64,000 nt of DNA from Gemmatimonadota bacterium (GCA_040389905.1 JAZJZK010000022.1:1-64000), one strand, 5' to 3'; counted from the first letter of the stretch, positions 43,230 through 52,621 are shown. Translations and numbers: made by a program. Notes: generated by a model not told the origin, from the sequence alone.

Positions 43230-44308
43230 GCCGGTAACTCCGGGGCTTCCTGGCCGACGTACCGGCGGGGCAAACGAAGGCGAAGCCCTGTGAGGACTTC
43301 GTAGGCGGACACGTCGCTTCGCTGGGCGAGTTCGCTCACGGTGATGACGTCGCCCCCGTCGCGGCCGAGCAGCGTGACAAGATCGCCTAATTCGGCTTCC
43401 ACATCAGTCACGTCCAGCATCGTCATGTCCATGGTCACTCGGCCCGCCACGGGAATGCGCTGTCCCCGTAACAGCACCTCGCCCCCGTTGCTGAGCGATC
43501 GGCGATATCCGTCGGCATACCCCACCGGCACCGTGGCGATCCTCCGAGCGCCCGCGGCACGCCACGTCGCATCGTAGCCCACCGATTCCCCGTCGTTTAC
43601 GGTGCGCATCTCGACGATTCGCGCTCGCATGCTGGCGACTGGCTCGGGGACAAGCGCGCCTCCCTCGATGGACGATACGCCATAGAGAAAGATGCCGGGG
43701 CGGCACAGGGTCCATGGCGACGGTGCACGCATCTCAATTGCCGCGCTGTTTTCGACGTGGACGACTGGCGGACGCTCGGGGAGTTGGGCCAGCGCCTCCG
43801 CGAACCGTCGCTCCTGCACCGCTCGGCTGTCGTCGGTGAGTTCAGCGGAGTGGAAATGGGTGAACACGCCTGCCGGCGCCGAACGCTCGAACAGCAATCT
43901 ATTTTCCAGAACTTGCGTCCAGAGCATGCCCGCCCGAGACATTCCGGTGTCGATCTGGAGTTGCCAGGGTCGCCCCGTCCTCGCCCACGATTCGATGACG
44001 GCAGGATCGCCAAGGGCTGGCGTCAGGTCGGCGCGCCGCAGCGCGTCGATTTCGTTGCGGAGAATCGGGGTGAACACGACAATCGGCCGGCCGATGCCAC
44101 CGCGGCGTAGATCCTCGCCCTCGGCCACCGTCGCGACGCCAAATCCCCACGGATCGAGCGCATCGAGTGCCAAGGCGGCGCGAAGCCCTCCGAGGCCGTA
44201 GCCGTCCGCCATGACCATCGGCAAGATCGGCGCGCCCGCCAGGGCACCGATGGCGGCGCCGTTGCGGCACAAAGCGCCCAAGTCAACCTCGACCCAGGCG
44301 CGTGTCAT
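43226..44308 (-). CDS. alr: Alanine racemase homolog lacking the PLP lysine (Met33)
   Basis: WVEVDL, PMVMADGYG (canonical VKADxYG), DTGMSR, RPGI, VGY, GYADG, GRVTMD. Confidence 0.88.
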   Translation of the reverse strand: MTRAWVEVDLGALCRNGAAIGALAGAPILPMVMADGYGLGGLRAALALDALDPWGFGVATVAEGEDLRRGGIGRPIVVFTPILRNEIDALRRADLTPALGDPAVIESWARTGRPWQLQIDTGMSRAGMLWTQVLENRLLFERSAPAGVFTHFHSAELTDDSRAVQERRFAEALAQLPERPPVVHVENSAAIEMRAPSPWTLCRPGIFLYGVSSIEGGALVPEPVASMRARIVEMRTVNDGESVGYDATWRAAGARRIATVPVGYADGYRRSLSNGGEVLLRGQRIPVAGRVTMDMTMLDVTDVEAELGDLVTLLGRDGGDVITVSELAQRSDVSAYEVLTGLRLRLPRRYVGQEAPELPA

Positions 44309-44310
44309 CT

Positions 44311-44334
44311 GACGGCGCGAGTAGCTATCATGTG
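44311..44334 (+). repeat. Imperfect direct repeat, left boundary of epimerase/murF-alr cassette
   Basis: GACGGCGCGAGTAGCTATCATGTG matches 48090-48113 at 20/24, last 11 bp identical. Confidence 0.65.
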
Positions 44335-44422
44335 GAGACTAAAGAAGATAGGAGCACCGCCAGGTCGGTGCAACCGAGGTGGTGGGCGTTCTTCGACGCC
44401 GACGATGGGCAAAATGGTTGCC

Positions 44423-45520
44423 TCAGTGCACGAGCGCGCAGCCGTGGCCGAGGAGTCCGTCAGGGATCGATATCGTCGGCCCTTCATAGACCATTCCACC
44501 GGCAATCGGCCCCGGGCGCATGAAGAACGGCGTGTCGAGATCTACATACCGAATCGTCTCGGGATAACGCATGGCAAGAGCTGCCGAGACCGTCATGCTC
44601 AGCCGTGTCTCTACCATGCCACCGATCATGCAGACCATACCACGATCAGCCGCTCGCTCGATTGCCACCACTGTGGGCCCCAGACCCATCTTCATGGTCT
44701 TGAAGTTCACGGACCGCAGTGACGGAAACTGACAGATCGCGTCGAGGTCCTCCACCGACTTCAGGGATTCGTCGAGGCAGATCAGCACGTCAGTGGACTC
44801 CTGAAGCGTGGCCAGGTCTCTCAGCGACTCACGCGACAGCGGCTGCTCGAGCAGGGGAATCGCAATGCCAGCGGATGCCAGCGACGCCAACAACTCGCGC
44901 GCCGTCGCCAAATCGTACGCGCAATTAGCGTCCAACACGATCTCGAGTGAGGGAAACGCGCCGTGAATGCTGACCAGAAGGTCGACGTCCTCGCGAAGTG
45001 CTCGGCCGCCGATCTTCACTTTCAATGTCGTGAAACCCTTCGAGACGACGTCCGCCACGAAGCCGAGCGCCTGATCGACCGGCCCGACGGGCAGGGTGAT
45101 GTCACTCGTTATCGTGCGGCACTGCGGTGGCATCCAGTCGAGCACGGACATGCCCTGTGAGCGCAACCGGGCATCGAGGACGGCCAGCTCCAATCCGCAC
45201 TGCGCCGCCGGCGCATGCGGAAATGCGCCCAGCACGCGAGTGCTTTCGACGTAATTCAAGCGCTCCGCGGGCGTGAGCGTCGCCGTCGTGCGCTCGAATT
45301 CGCGGAGTATTTCGATCGTCGAATCGACGGTTTCACCTGAGACGGCGGGAAAGGGTGCGCTTTCGCCGATGCCGACGGTGCCATCACTCAATGTCGCAGT
45401 GGTGATGACGGCGAGCGCCGTGGCCATGCCGCCACCGGCGATGGCAAATGGCATGATCAGATCGTGCTCGATGATCTCGAACGCTACCGCGGAAAGGCCA
45501 AGCTCCTCAGTCGATGACAC
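44423..45520 (-). CDS. Enolase-superfamily dipeptide epimerase (L-Ala-D/L-Glu epimerase-like)
   Basis: KVKIG, DANC, EQP, DES, NFKTMK, GGMVE, DLD. Confidence 0.88.
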   Translation of the reverse strand: MSSTEELGLSAVAFEIIEHDLIMPFAIAGGGMATALAVITTATLSDGTVGIGESAPFPAVSGETVDSTIEILREFERTTATLTPAERLNYVESTRVLGAFPHAPAAQCGLELAVLDARLRSQGMSVLDWMPPQCRTITSDITLPVGPVDQALGFVADVVSKGFTTLKVKIGGRALREDVDLLVSIHGAFPSLEIVLDANCAYDLATARELLASLASAGIAIPLLEQPLSRESLRDLATLQESTDVLICLDESLKSVEDLDAICQFPSLRSVNFKTMKMGLGPTVVAIERAADRGMVCMIGGMVETRLSMTVSAALAMRYPETIRYVDLDTPFFMRPGPIAGGMVYEGPTISIPDGLLGHGCALVH

Positions 45521-45523
45521 AGT

Positions 45524-48022
45524 TCAATGTCTCACGAAAATGCGTTGAACCCGGGGACCGAGCCGGGAGATGACTTCGTACGGAATGGTCTGCATCGCCT
45601 CTGCCACGTGTTCGATGGACTGCGACGACCGGCCGCGCGCGCCGAAGACGAGGACATCATATCCCACCTCGGCCTCAGGACACTCGCTGAGGTCGATGAC
45701 CATCGAATCCATCGAGATTCTGCCGACCACGGCACATCGTCGCCCATTGATGACGACCGAGCCATGTGCGGCGAAGGAACGAAAAACACCGTCGTAATAC
45801 CCGAGCTGCACGACGCCCACCGTGAGCTCCCGATCCGCCTGGAAGGTTCCTCCGTAGCCCACGCGGTCTCCTGGCCGTAGGACGCGCCGGTCGATGAGCC
45901 GGCTCACGAGTGTCAGCGACGGAACCAATGGGACCGCGCGACAATCTAGCGAGGGAGCGATGCCGAGCAGCGCCAGGCCGACGCGCACCATTTCCATGGC
46001 GTGCCCGGGAAACCGAATGATGCCCGCACTTGCCAGCGCGTGGCGAGGCGGGATCGTTGCGCCGGCTGCCTCGGCGGCGCTGATCGTCTGGTCGAACAGT
46101 GCGAGTTGGCCTCGCGTGAAGTCGTCCATCGATTGCTCATCCGCACTTGCGAGGTGCGTCATGATTCCGGCAACCGGAACATTGGCGCGTTGGAGCGCAA
46201 GAAGCGCGGACGGCGTGATGTCGGGTGCGAGTCCCGTACGATGCATTCCCGTGTCGACCTCGAGATGCACATTCGCAACTCGGTCTGGAGACGCGAGAAC
46301 CGCGCGTAGTAATTCCTCGCTGTGCACACAGGGCGTCAGGTGTGCGATACGCGCCTTGTCGAGTTCGTCCGGCGTGGCCAACAACACGAGGATCGGACGA
46401 GAAACGCCCGACCGTCGAAGGGCGACGCCCTCATCTGTATGCGACACGGCGAACTGGTCGACACCAGCGGCGGCGAGATGGCGCGCGAGCTCGGTTGCGT
46501 CTGCGCCGTACGCGCTCGCCTTTACCACGGCCATGATCTGCGCGCCCGGACAGCGGTGTCGCACCATCGCGAGGTTGATCTCGATAGCGCCGACGTCGAT
46601 GTAGAGCCTCGTCGGCGCCATCGCTTCGAACAGTTCCTTCGCGATGCCATCGATCATCTGGCCTCGCCCCGTAAAGAGCGCGACGACATCTCCAGCGCGC
46701 ACCTCTCCGATGAGCGCGGCCCCAAGCGCACCCGCGTCGTGGAAGACGTGAAGCTCGGCCGCGGACTTCGAGTCGGCCATGATGTCGGCCGCCCGTCCTG
46801 CCGTCATGTAGATCGACGCCGTCTGCTGCGCGACAAGGTCTCGCAGCGTGAGGAGCGTATTCTCCGACAACGCGTGTACCGCCTCGTTGAGCACGAGGTA
46901 GATTCGGCCATTCCCTCCGGCCGTTGCCACCGCATCCGCGATCGCGACGCGCCACGCCATCGCATCGTCCACGACCGCGCAACGCAGGAAGTGCACGCCC
47001 TTCGGCGATTTCCACGTCTGCAGGTCGAGCGACGTCGGGCTGTAGGATTGTGAGCGGGGAGCGTGCGCGAGAATCGTCGCGGCCGCCGCGGCAAGGGCGA
47101 CATCGTCGGCCAACCACGATGAGGAGGTGGCCACTTCGATCCGGGATGTGGTCGCGTCAGGGGAGCGAACGAGCACACTCATGATGTCGGAGCCAATCCG
47201 CTCGATTCGCTCGACGGGCCACCGGGCGGTGCGTGGTTGCTCCAGAGACGTCCCCGTCGGCAGGAAACGCGCGAGGTTCGTGGCGGGGTCACCGCAGACC
47301 ACTTTCCCGTTCGGCGGTAGGTGACGCGCGAGTTCGGAGAGTTCCGCGGCGTACCGCTCCATGCTGCCGAAGCGGTGCTGAAATCGGCTTCCGACGTTCG
47401 TCACGACGAGGCTCGTCGGGCGCACCATATCCGCATGCCGCGCCATTTCCCCCATTTCCGTCGCGGCAATCTCGATGACGGCATAATCCGCCTCGGGAGG
47501 ACACGAGAGCAGCGACAGGGGAACACCAATCTGACTGTTGAAGCTACCCGGGCTGCCGTAGCAAAAGCCCGATTCACCGAGGAACGACACGAGTGCGTCC
47601 TTCGTACTCGTCTTGCCGACGGAGCCGGCCACGGCGATGACCTCGCAGCGGAGTTGCAGCCGGTACCAGCGGGCGAGGTCTTGCAGGGCGGTCAACGAGT
47701 TGTCGACGCGCACGAGAGCGCGTCCATCCGCATTGCCCGACCACGTTTGCTCGACGATCGCGCAACTTGCTCCGCGATCGAGCGCATCTAAAACCCATTG
47801 ATGGCCGTCGCGCTTGCCATGCAGCGCGAAGAAGATGGTGCCTCGCTCCACGAGACTCGAGTGAATGGCAACGCGACGCGGGCCGAGGTCGACGTCCGCG
47901 TCGATGTCGCTCGCTGCGACAATGTCTCCGTGCACAACCGTCGCCAAGTCGCGCAGCGTCAACCGAATCGCAGACGCCGCATCCGCCTGACGAATTCCCG
48001 TTCTCACGTTGTCCGCGCGCAT
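45524..48022 (-). CDS. MurF-like ligase / alanine racemase fusion
   Basis: N-half AGSVGKTSTK, SFNSQIGVP; C-half AVVKASAYG, DTGMHR, VGYGG, GRISMD, TIPYE. Confidence 0.88.
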   Translation of the reverse strand: MRADNVRTGIRQADAASAIRLTLRDLATVVHGDIVAASDIDADVDLGPRRVAIHSSLVERGTIFFALHGKRDGHQWVLDALDRGASCAIVEQTWSGNADGRALVRVDNSLTALQDLARWYRLQLRCEVIAVAGSVGKTSTKDALVSFLGESGFCYGSPGSFNSQIGVPLSLLSCPPEADYAVIEIAATEMGEMARHADMVRPTSLVVTNVGSRFQHRFGSMERYAAELSELARHLPPNGKVVCGDPATNLARFLPTGTSLEQPRTARWPVERIERIGSDIMSVLVRSPDATTSRIEVATSSSWLADDVALAAAAATILAHAPRSQSYSPTSLDLQTWKSPKGVHFLRCAVVDDAMAWRVAIADAVATAGGNGRIYLVLNEAVHALSENTLLTLRDLVAQQTASIYMTAGRAADIMADSKSAAELHVFHDAGALGAALIGEVRAGDVVALFTGRGQMIDGIAKELFEAMAPTRLYIDVGAIEINLAMVRHRCPGAQIMAVVKASAYGADATELARHLAAAGVDQFAVSHTDEGVALRRSGVSRPILVLLATPDELDKARIAHLTPCVHSEELLRAVLASPDRVANVHLEVDTGMHRTGLAPDITPSALLALQRANVPVAGIMTHLASADEQSMDDFTRGQLALFDQTISAAEAAGATIPPRHALASAGIIRFPGHAMEMVRVGLALLGIAPSLDCRAVPLVPSLTLVSRLIDRRVLRPGDRVGYGGTFQADRELTVGVVQLGYYDGVFRSFAAHGSVVINGRRCAVVGRISMDSMVIDLSECPEAEVGYDVLVFGARGRSSQSIEHVAEAMQTIPYEVISRLGPRVQRIFVRH

Positions 48023-48089
48023 CGCGAATTCATCGACTGGGCGGCGGCCGACGCCGCAGCGTTCCGGCGCCTCACGCGCAATGTTCCTT

Positions 48090-48113
48090 GGCGGCGCAAC
48101 TCGCTATCATGTG
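48090..48113 (+). repeat. Imperfect direct repeat, right boundary (contains a TATCAT -10-like box upstream of mazG)
   Basis: GGCGGCGCAACTCGCTATCATGTG. Confidence 0.65.
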
Positions 48114-48146
48114 CACACGCAACAGCATACGAGGCTACCGAGAGCG

Positions 48147-48914
48147 ATGCAACCGAAGCCGGGACTGGCGGATACGCTGGCACTAATGAAGGATCTTCGC
48201 CTGCGCTGCGAGTGGGATGCGGCGCAGACGCACGAGTCGCTGCGCCCGTATCTGATTGAGGAGGCGTATGAGGTCGACGATGCCATCCGCTCGGGTGACG
48301 ACCGCTTGCTCCGCGAAGAGTTGGGGGACCTGCTCCTTCAGGTGCTGTTCCACAGCGTCGTCGCGGAGGAGCGTGGTGCGTTTGATTTCGCGGACGTCGC
48401 AGAGGGGTTCCTCGCCAAGATGAAGTCACGTCACCCGCACCTGTACGAGGGTGGCGAGCGCCAGAGCTGGGAAGGCATGAAGGCGAAGAAACGGGACAGC
48501 ATCGTCGACGGCCTGCCTGCGGAACTCCCTGCCTTGCATCGTGCGTTCCGTCTTCAGGATCGGGCGGCGGGCGTCGGCTTCGACTGGCCTGATGCGGTAG
48601 GGCCCGCCGCGAAAGTGGAGGAAGAGCTCGCTGAAGTCCGTGCCGAGGTGGACCGTGGGGCGAAAGCCTCTGGCAATGGGGTGCCGGACCCGCTGCTCGA
48701 GGACGAACTCGGCGATCTCCTCTTTTCCGTGGTCAACCTGTGCCGGAAGCTCGGTGTGCACCCGTCACTGGCGCTGGATAAGGCGAATGTGAAGTTTGCT
48801 ACGCGATTTCAGGGGATCGAAGCGCTCGCCAAATCAAGGGGAATTGATGTGAAGACGGCCGGCCTCGACGTCCTCGACACGCTCTGGGACGAGGTAAAAA
48901 AGTCGCCGCTTTAG
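48147..48914 (+). CDS. mazG: Nucleoside triphosphate pyrophosphohydrolase MazG
   Basis: WDAAQT, EEAYE, EELGDLL, RHPH, GFDW, second ELGDLLF. Confidence 0.93.
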   Translation: MQPKPGLADTLALMKDLRLRCEWDAAQTHESLRPYLIEEAYEVDDAIRSGDDRLLREELGDLLLQVLFHSVVAEERGAFDFADVAEGFLAKMKSRHPHLYEGGERQSWEGMKAKKRDSIVDGLPAELPALHRAFRLQDRAAGVGFDWPDAVGPAAKVEEELAEVRAEVDRGAKASGNGVPDPLLEDELGDLLFSVVNLCRKLGVHPSLALDKANVKFATRFQGIEALAKSRGIDVKTAGLDVLDTLWDEVKKSPL

Positions 48915-49020
48915 GAGCGGATTGAACGAATACACCGGAAACTACCGGATCAAAAACAGCCAACACATTCAAATTGAGTGATCTGGCTGTTTCCGGTGCA
49001 TCCGTTCAATCCGTTCCTAA
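48911..49020. repeat. 32-bp inverted repeat between convergent mazG and asnS
   Basis: TTAGGAGCGGATTGAACGAATACACCGGAAAC vs GTTTCCGGTGCATCCGTTCAATCCGTTCCTAA (29/32). Confidence 0.8.
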
Positions 49021-49070
49021 ATCCGTTGCGAATGTGAGCGGTGATTGAGCTGACGCCGGTCGAGGCAAGT

Positions 49071-50375
49071 CTACGGCCGCAGCCGATGCATCATCCTCGG
49101 AAATGCGATCACTTCCCGGATATGCTGCAGTCCACAGATCCACGCGACCGTCCGCTCCAATCCGAGCCCGAATCCGGCATGCGTGAACGTCCCGTAGCGC
49201 CGAAGGTCCAGATACCAGTTGTACGCTTCCATCGGTAGCCCTTCGTGCTGGATCCGCGCCACGAGCTTGTCGTAGTCATCCTCGCGCTGTGACCCGCCGA
49301 TGATCTCTCCGTACCCTTCTGGCGCCAGGCAGTCATTGCAGAGGACAGTGCGCGGGTCGTCCGGGTTTTCCTTCATGTAGAAGGCCTTGGCCTCCTTCGG
49401 GTAATTCATCACGAACACCGGGCGATCATACTCCGCGACGATCAGCGCCTCGTCCTCTGCGCCGAGGTCCTCGCCCCATTGTGTCGTGCTGCCCTTTGAC
49501 TGGATGAGCGCTACGGCATCGGTGTAATCCAGGCGAACGAAGGGCGCCATTACGGTCTCGAGCTTTGTAACGTCGCGCTCCAATTCCTTGAGTTCGACCT
49601 GCCGGCGTTCGAGGACGCGTTGGACCAGGTACGAAACGAAATCCTCCTGGAGCCGCATGTTCGCCGCCGAGTCGTTCCATGCGACTTCCGGCTCGATCAT
49701 CCAGAATTCGGTGAGGTGCCGCCGCGTCTTGGATTTCTCCGCGCGAAATGTCGGGCCGAAGGTGTAGATCTTTCCGAATGCCGCCGCCGCGGCCTCGCCA
49801 TAGAGCTGGCCGGTTTGTGCCAGGTAGGCATTGCCTTCGTCGAAGTACTCGGTCGCGAACAGGCCGGAACGCTCGCCGATGGCCGCCGTCAGGATCGGCG
49901 TATCGACCCTCAGGAATCCGCGCTCGTAAAAGAAGTCATGAATTGCTTGCTCGATTTCGTTACGAATCACGGCAATCGCCCGCTGACGCGGTGAGCGCAG
50001 CCAGAAGTGACGATTGTCGAGGAGGAAGTCGATGCCGTGCTCCTTCGGTTGAATCGGGTAATCCACCGGGCTCACGCCAATGATCTCGAGGTCCGTCACG
50101 CCAATCTCGAAGCCACCGGGCGCACGGGGCTCCGCGCGAGCCTCACCGGTGATCGCGACCGATGTCTCCGTCGTCAGCTGTGCGAAGCGCTCCCAGACCT
50201 CGATGGGTAGCTGGTTCTTCACGAACACGGTCTGGCAGACCCCTGTTCCGTCGCGGAGGACGGCAAACGCGATCTTCCCTGAGGAACGGACGTGCGTGAC
50301 CCAGGCACGAACGGTCACGGTGGTTCCAGCGTGCGCAGCAAGCTCGGAGATACGGAGAAACGGAGCGGAGGACAT
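49071..50375 (-). CDS. asnS: Asparagine-tRNA ligase
   Basis: YLAQTGQLY, FGPTFRAEKSKTRRHLTEFWMIEPE, GEIIGGSQRE, GLGLER. Confidence 0.96.
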   Translation of the reverse strand: MSSAPFLRISELAAHAGTTVTVRAWVTHVRSSGKIAFAVLRDGTGVCQTVFVKNQLPIEVWERFAQLTTETSVAITGEARAEPRAPGGFEIGVTDLEIIGVSPVDYPIQPKEHGIDFLLDNRHFWLRSPRQRAIAVIRNEIEQAIHDFFYERGFLRVDTPILTAAIGERSGLFATEYFDEGNAYLAQTGQLYGEAAAAAFGKIYTFGPTFRAEKSKTRRHLTEFWMIEPEVAWNDSAANMRLQEDFVSYLVQRVLERRQVELKELERDVTKLETVMAPFVRLDYTDAVALIQSKGSTTQWGEDLGAEDEALIVAEYDRPVFVMNYPKEAKAFYMKENPDDPRTVLCNDCLAPEGYGEIIGGSQREDDYDKLVARIQHEGLPMEAYNWYLDLRRYGTFTHAGFGLGLERTVAWICGLQHIREVIAFPRMMHRLRP

Positions 50376-50570
50376 GTGGTCGGGGGCGTGTCAGTGGCGC
50401 GGGAACGGCGTTGCGCCTAGAATCCGAGGAGGCAGCCCGCGCCACGAGCAGTGAGCGAGGCGCCTCCATGGCTGAACATCCAATGCTACACGTCGGCTGC
50501 AGCGCAGCAAAGGCCCGTCCGGCTAGGCTTTTGCTACGAGTTGTCGCCAATCCACCTGCTCGCGAACCAC

Positions 50571-52073
50571 ATGACATTGCGCGCGAGGCTCGCCCTCAGC
50601 CTCGTAATCATCGCCGGAGTCCTCATCGTGCCACTCCTCGTGGCGCGAAACTCCATCGTGCGCCTGCACAGTGATGTGCGCGATTTGCGCGAGGGGGAGT
50701 TCCAGGCATCCCTCGTATTGGGGCGCCTGCGCGATGCGCTGGCGGATGTTCGCGCTCGCGAAGTGGCACTCAGCGTGGTGAAGTCCGACACCGTGCTTGC
50801 GCAGCTCGACGGCGCCCTTCGTCGGGCGTCGGCGCTTGCCGATTCCCTCAGGCGCTACAAGCTCAAGCCGACGAGCGACCGGATCACCGGCGATCTCGCG
50901 GTGGTAGCGCCGGCCGTCGACAGCGAGTACTCGCTGATCCGCGCTGATGCGCTGAACGCCGCTGACTCCCTTTCCACGAGTACCATCGCTCCGAGCCTTC
51001 GCGATGCCGATCACGCCATCGTGCAGGCCGAAGCGCAGCTCCGAGACCGTACGACGGACCGGGTCACGGCCGCTGAAGAAGCACTTGGCGACGTCGAGGA
51101 TATTTCGGTCGCCGCGTTGTCAATCGCGCTGTTGCTTGCCACGATCATCGCGCTCTGGCTGACGCGCTCCATTAGCGCGCCGGTCCACGCCCTCGAACGA
51201 GGGATGGAGGCCGTCGCCGGCGGCGAACTCAGCCATGAACTCAAGTTCGACGTCGAGCGGAAGGACGAATTCGGGCGTCTCGCGGTCAGCTTTCGGGAAA
51301 TGACACGCCAGTTGCGTGACCTCGATAAGCTCCGGGCGGAATTCGTCTCCATCGCGTCACACGAACTCAAGACGCCGATCAACGTCATTCTCGGGTACCT
51401 CCAGCTGATGCAGGAGGGCGTGTACGGTCAGCTTACCGAGAAACAGTTGCCCGTCACCAAGACCATCGAGAACCAGGCGCGCACGCTCGCACGACTCGCC
51501 TCCCAGCTGCTCGACGTCAGCCGGTTCGAGGCCGGTGGCGGCCGCATCGAACCGCGCCCCATCCGGCTGTATTCCATGCTGGACGATCTCGAGCGGACGT
51601 TCCATGTCCTCGCCGTTCAGCGTGGCGTAGACTTTCGTGTCTCCCGCATGGACGCTCTTCCGGAAGAAGTCGTCTGGGACCCGGAACGCATCAACGAGGT
51701 GACGGGTAACCTGCTGTCCAACGCCTTCAAGTTCACGCCGTCCGGAGGCACCGTGGAGCTGACGGCCGGACCGCTTGAGAACGGAGTGTGCATAGAGGTC
51801 AAGGACAGCGGCGCGGGCATTGCCGCTGACCAGTTGCCGCACGTGTTCGAAAAGTTCTACCAAGCCAACAACCAGAAATCGGCGTCCGCCAAGGGCACCG
51901 GCCTCGGACTCGCCATCGCCAAGGAGATCGTGGAAGCGCACCAGGGAAAGATCACTGTGACGAGCGAAGTTGGAGCAGGCACGACCTTCCTGCTGAAGTT
52001 GCCGCGCGCGGTCGTCAACCGGCGCAGAACTGGTGGCTTCCGGCTCATTGCGCCCGCGGACATTCCGAAATGA
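50571..52073 (+). CDS. HAMP-domain membrane sensor histidine kinase
   Basis: Two TM helices, HAMP (DEFGRLA), SHELKTP, NLLSNA, GTGLGL. Confidence 0.92.
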   Translation: MTLRARLALSLVIIAGVLIVPLLVARNSIVRLHSDVRDLREGEFQASLVLGRLRDALADVRAREVALSVVKSDTVLAQLDGALRRASALADSLRRYKLKPTSDRITGDLAVVAPAVDSEYSLIRADALNAADSLSTSTIAPSLRDADHAIVQAEAQLRDRTTDRVTAAEEALGDVEDISVAALSIALLLATIIALWLTRSISAPVHALERGMEAVAGGELSHELKFDVERKDEFGRLAVSFREMTRQLRDLDKLRAEFVSIASHELKTPINVILGYLQLMQEGVYGQLTEKQLPVTKTIENQARTLARLASQLLDVSRFEAGGGRIEPRPIRLYSMLDDLERTFHVLAVQRGVDFRVSRMDALPEEVVWDPERINEVTGNLLSNAFKFTPSGGTVELTAGPLENGVCIEVKDSGAGIAADQLPHVFEKFYQANNQKSASAKGTGLGLAIAKEIVEAHQGKITVTSEVGAGTTFLLKLPRAVVNRRRTGGFRLIAPADIPK

Positions 52074-52621
52074 ACCGAGACACGCTGCGGCTGCTCTCGC
52101 TTGCCCTGCTCTGCTCGTCGTTGTCGGCGTGCCGCGGGGCGCAAACGCACTTCACGGAATCTGCCCCGTCACCGCAGGCCGAGTTCGTCACGATGTTGAC
52201 GCAGGCATCCGACGAGGCGATCGCTGGTCGCCACGCTGCAGCGGACCGACTGCTGGCAGACTACACGACGCGCTTTCCTGCGAGTGCCGATGCCGTAGAG
52301 GCGATGTACTGGCGCGCGTTGTACAAGGTCGATCCTGCGAATCAGTCCGCGTCGCCGCGCGAAGCAATCGTCCTGTTGGACGGCTACTTGATGTCCTCGA
52401 CCGCCGCGCACCGCTCCGAGGCGGTAACCCTCAAGCGACTGGCGGCCGCGCTCGACGCCCGCGTCGCACCGCAACCGGCTGGCCCGGTCCGCGTCGATCC
52501 CGCACCCCCGGGCGACAAAGCGAAGGACGACGAAATCGCACGATTGAAGGACGAGCTTGCCAAGGCGAACGCCGAACTCGAGCGGATCAAGCGACGGTTG
52601 GCGCAGCCGACCAAACCGTAA
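52070..52621 (+). CDS. Helical lipoprotein with C-terminal coiled coil
   Basis: Lipobox LSAC; ATGA overlap with the kinase; EIARLKDELAKANAELERIK. Confidence 0.75.
   Translation: MNRDTLRLLSLALLCSSLSACRGAQTHFTESAPSPQAEFVTMLTQASDEAIAGRHAAADRLLADYTTRFPASADAVEAMYWRALYKVDPANQSASPREAIVLLDGYLMSSTAAHRSEAVTLKRLAAALDARVAPQPAGPVRVDPAPPGDKAKDDEIARLKDELAKANAELERIKRRLAQPTKP

Noticed and set aside
44368..44422. attC-like site (GCAAC...GTTGC) after the epimerase
   Set aside because: Does not fit RYYYAAC/GTTRRRY and internal pairing is poor; no integron integrase.
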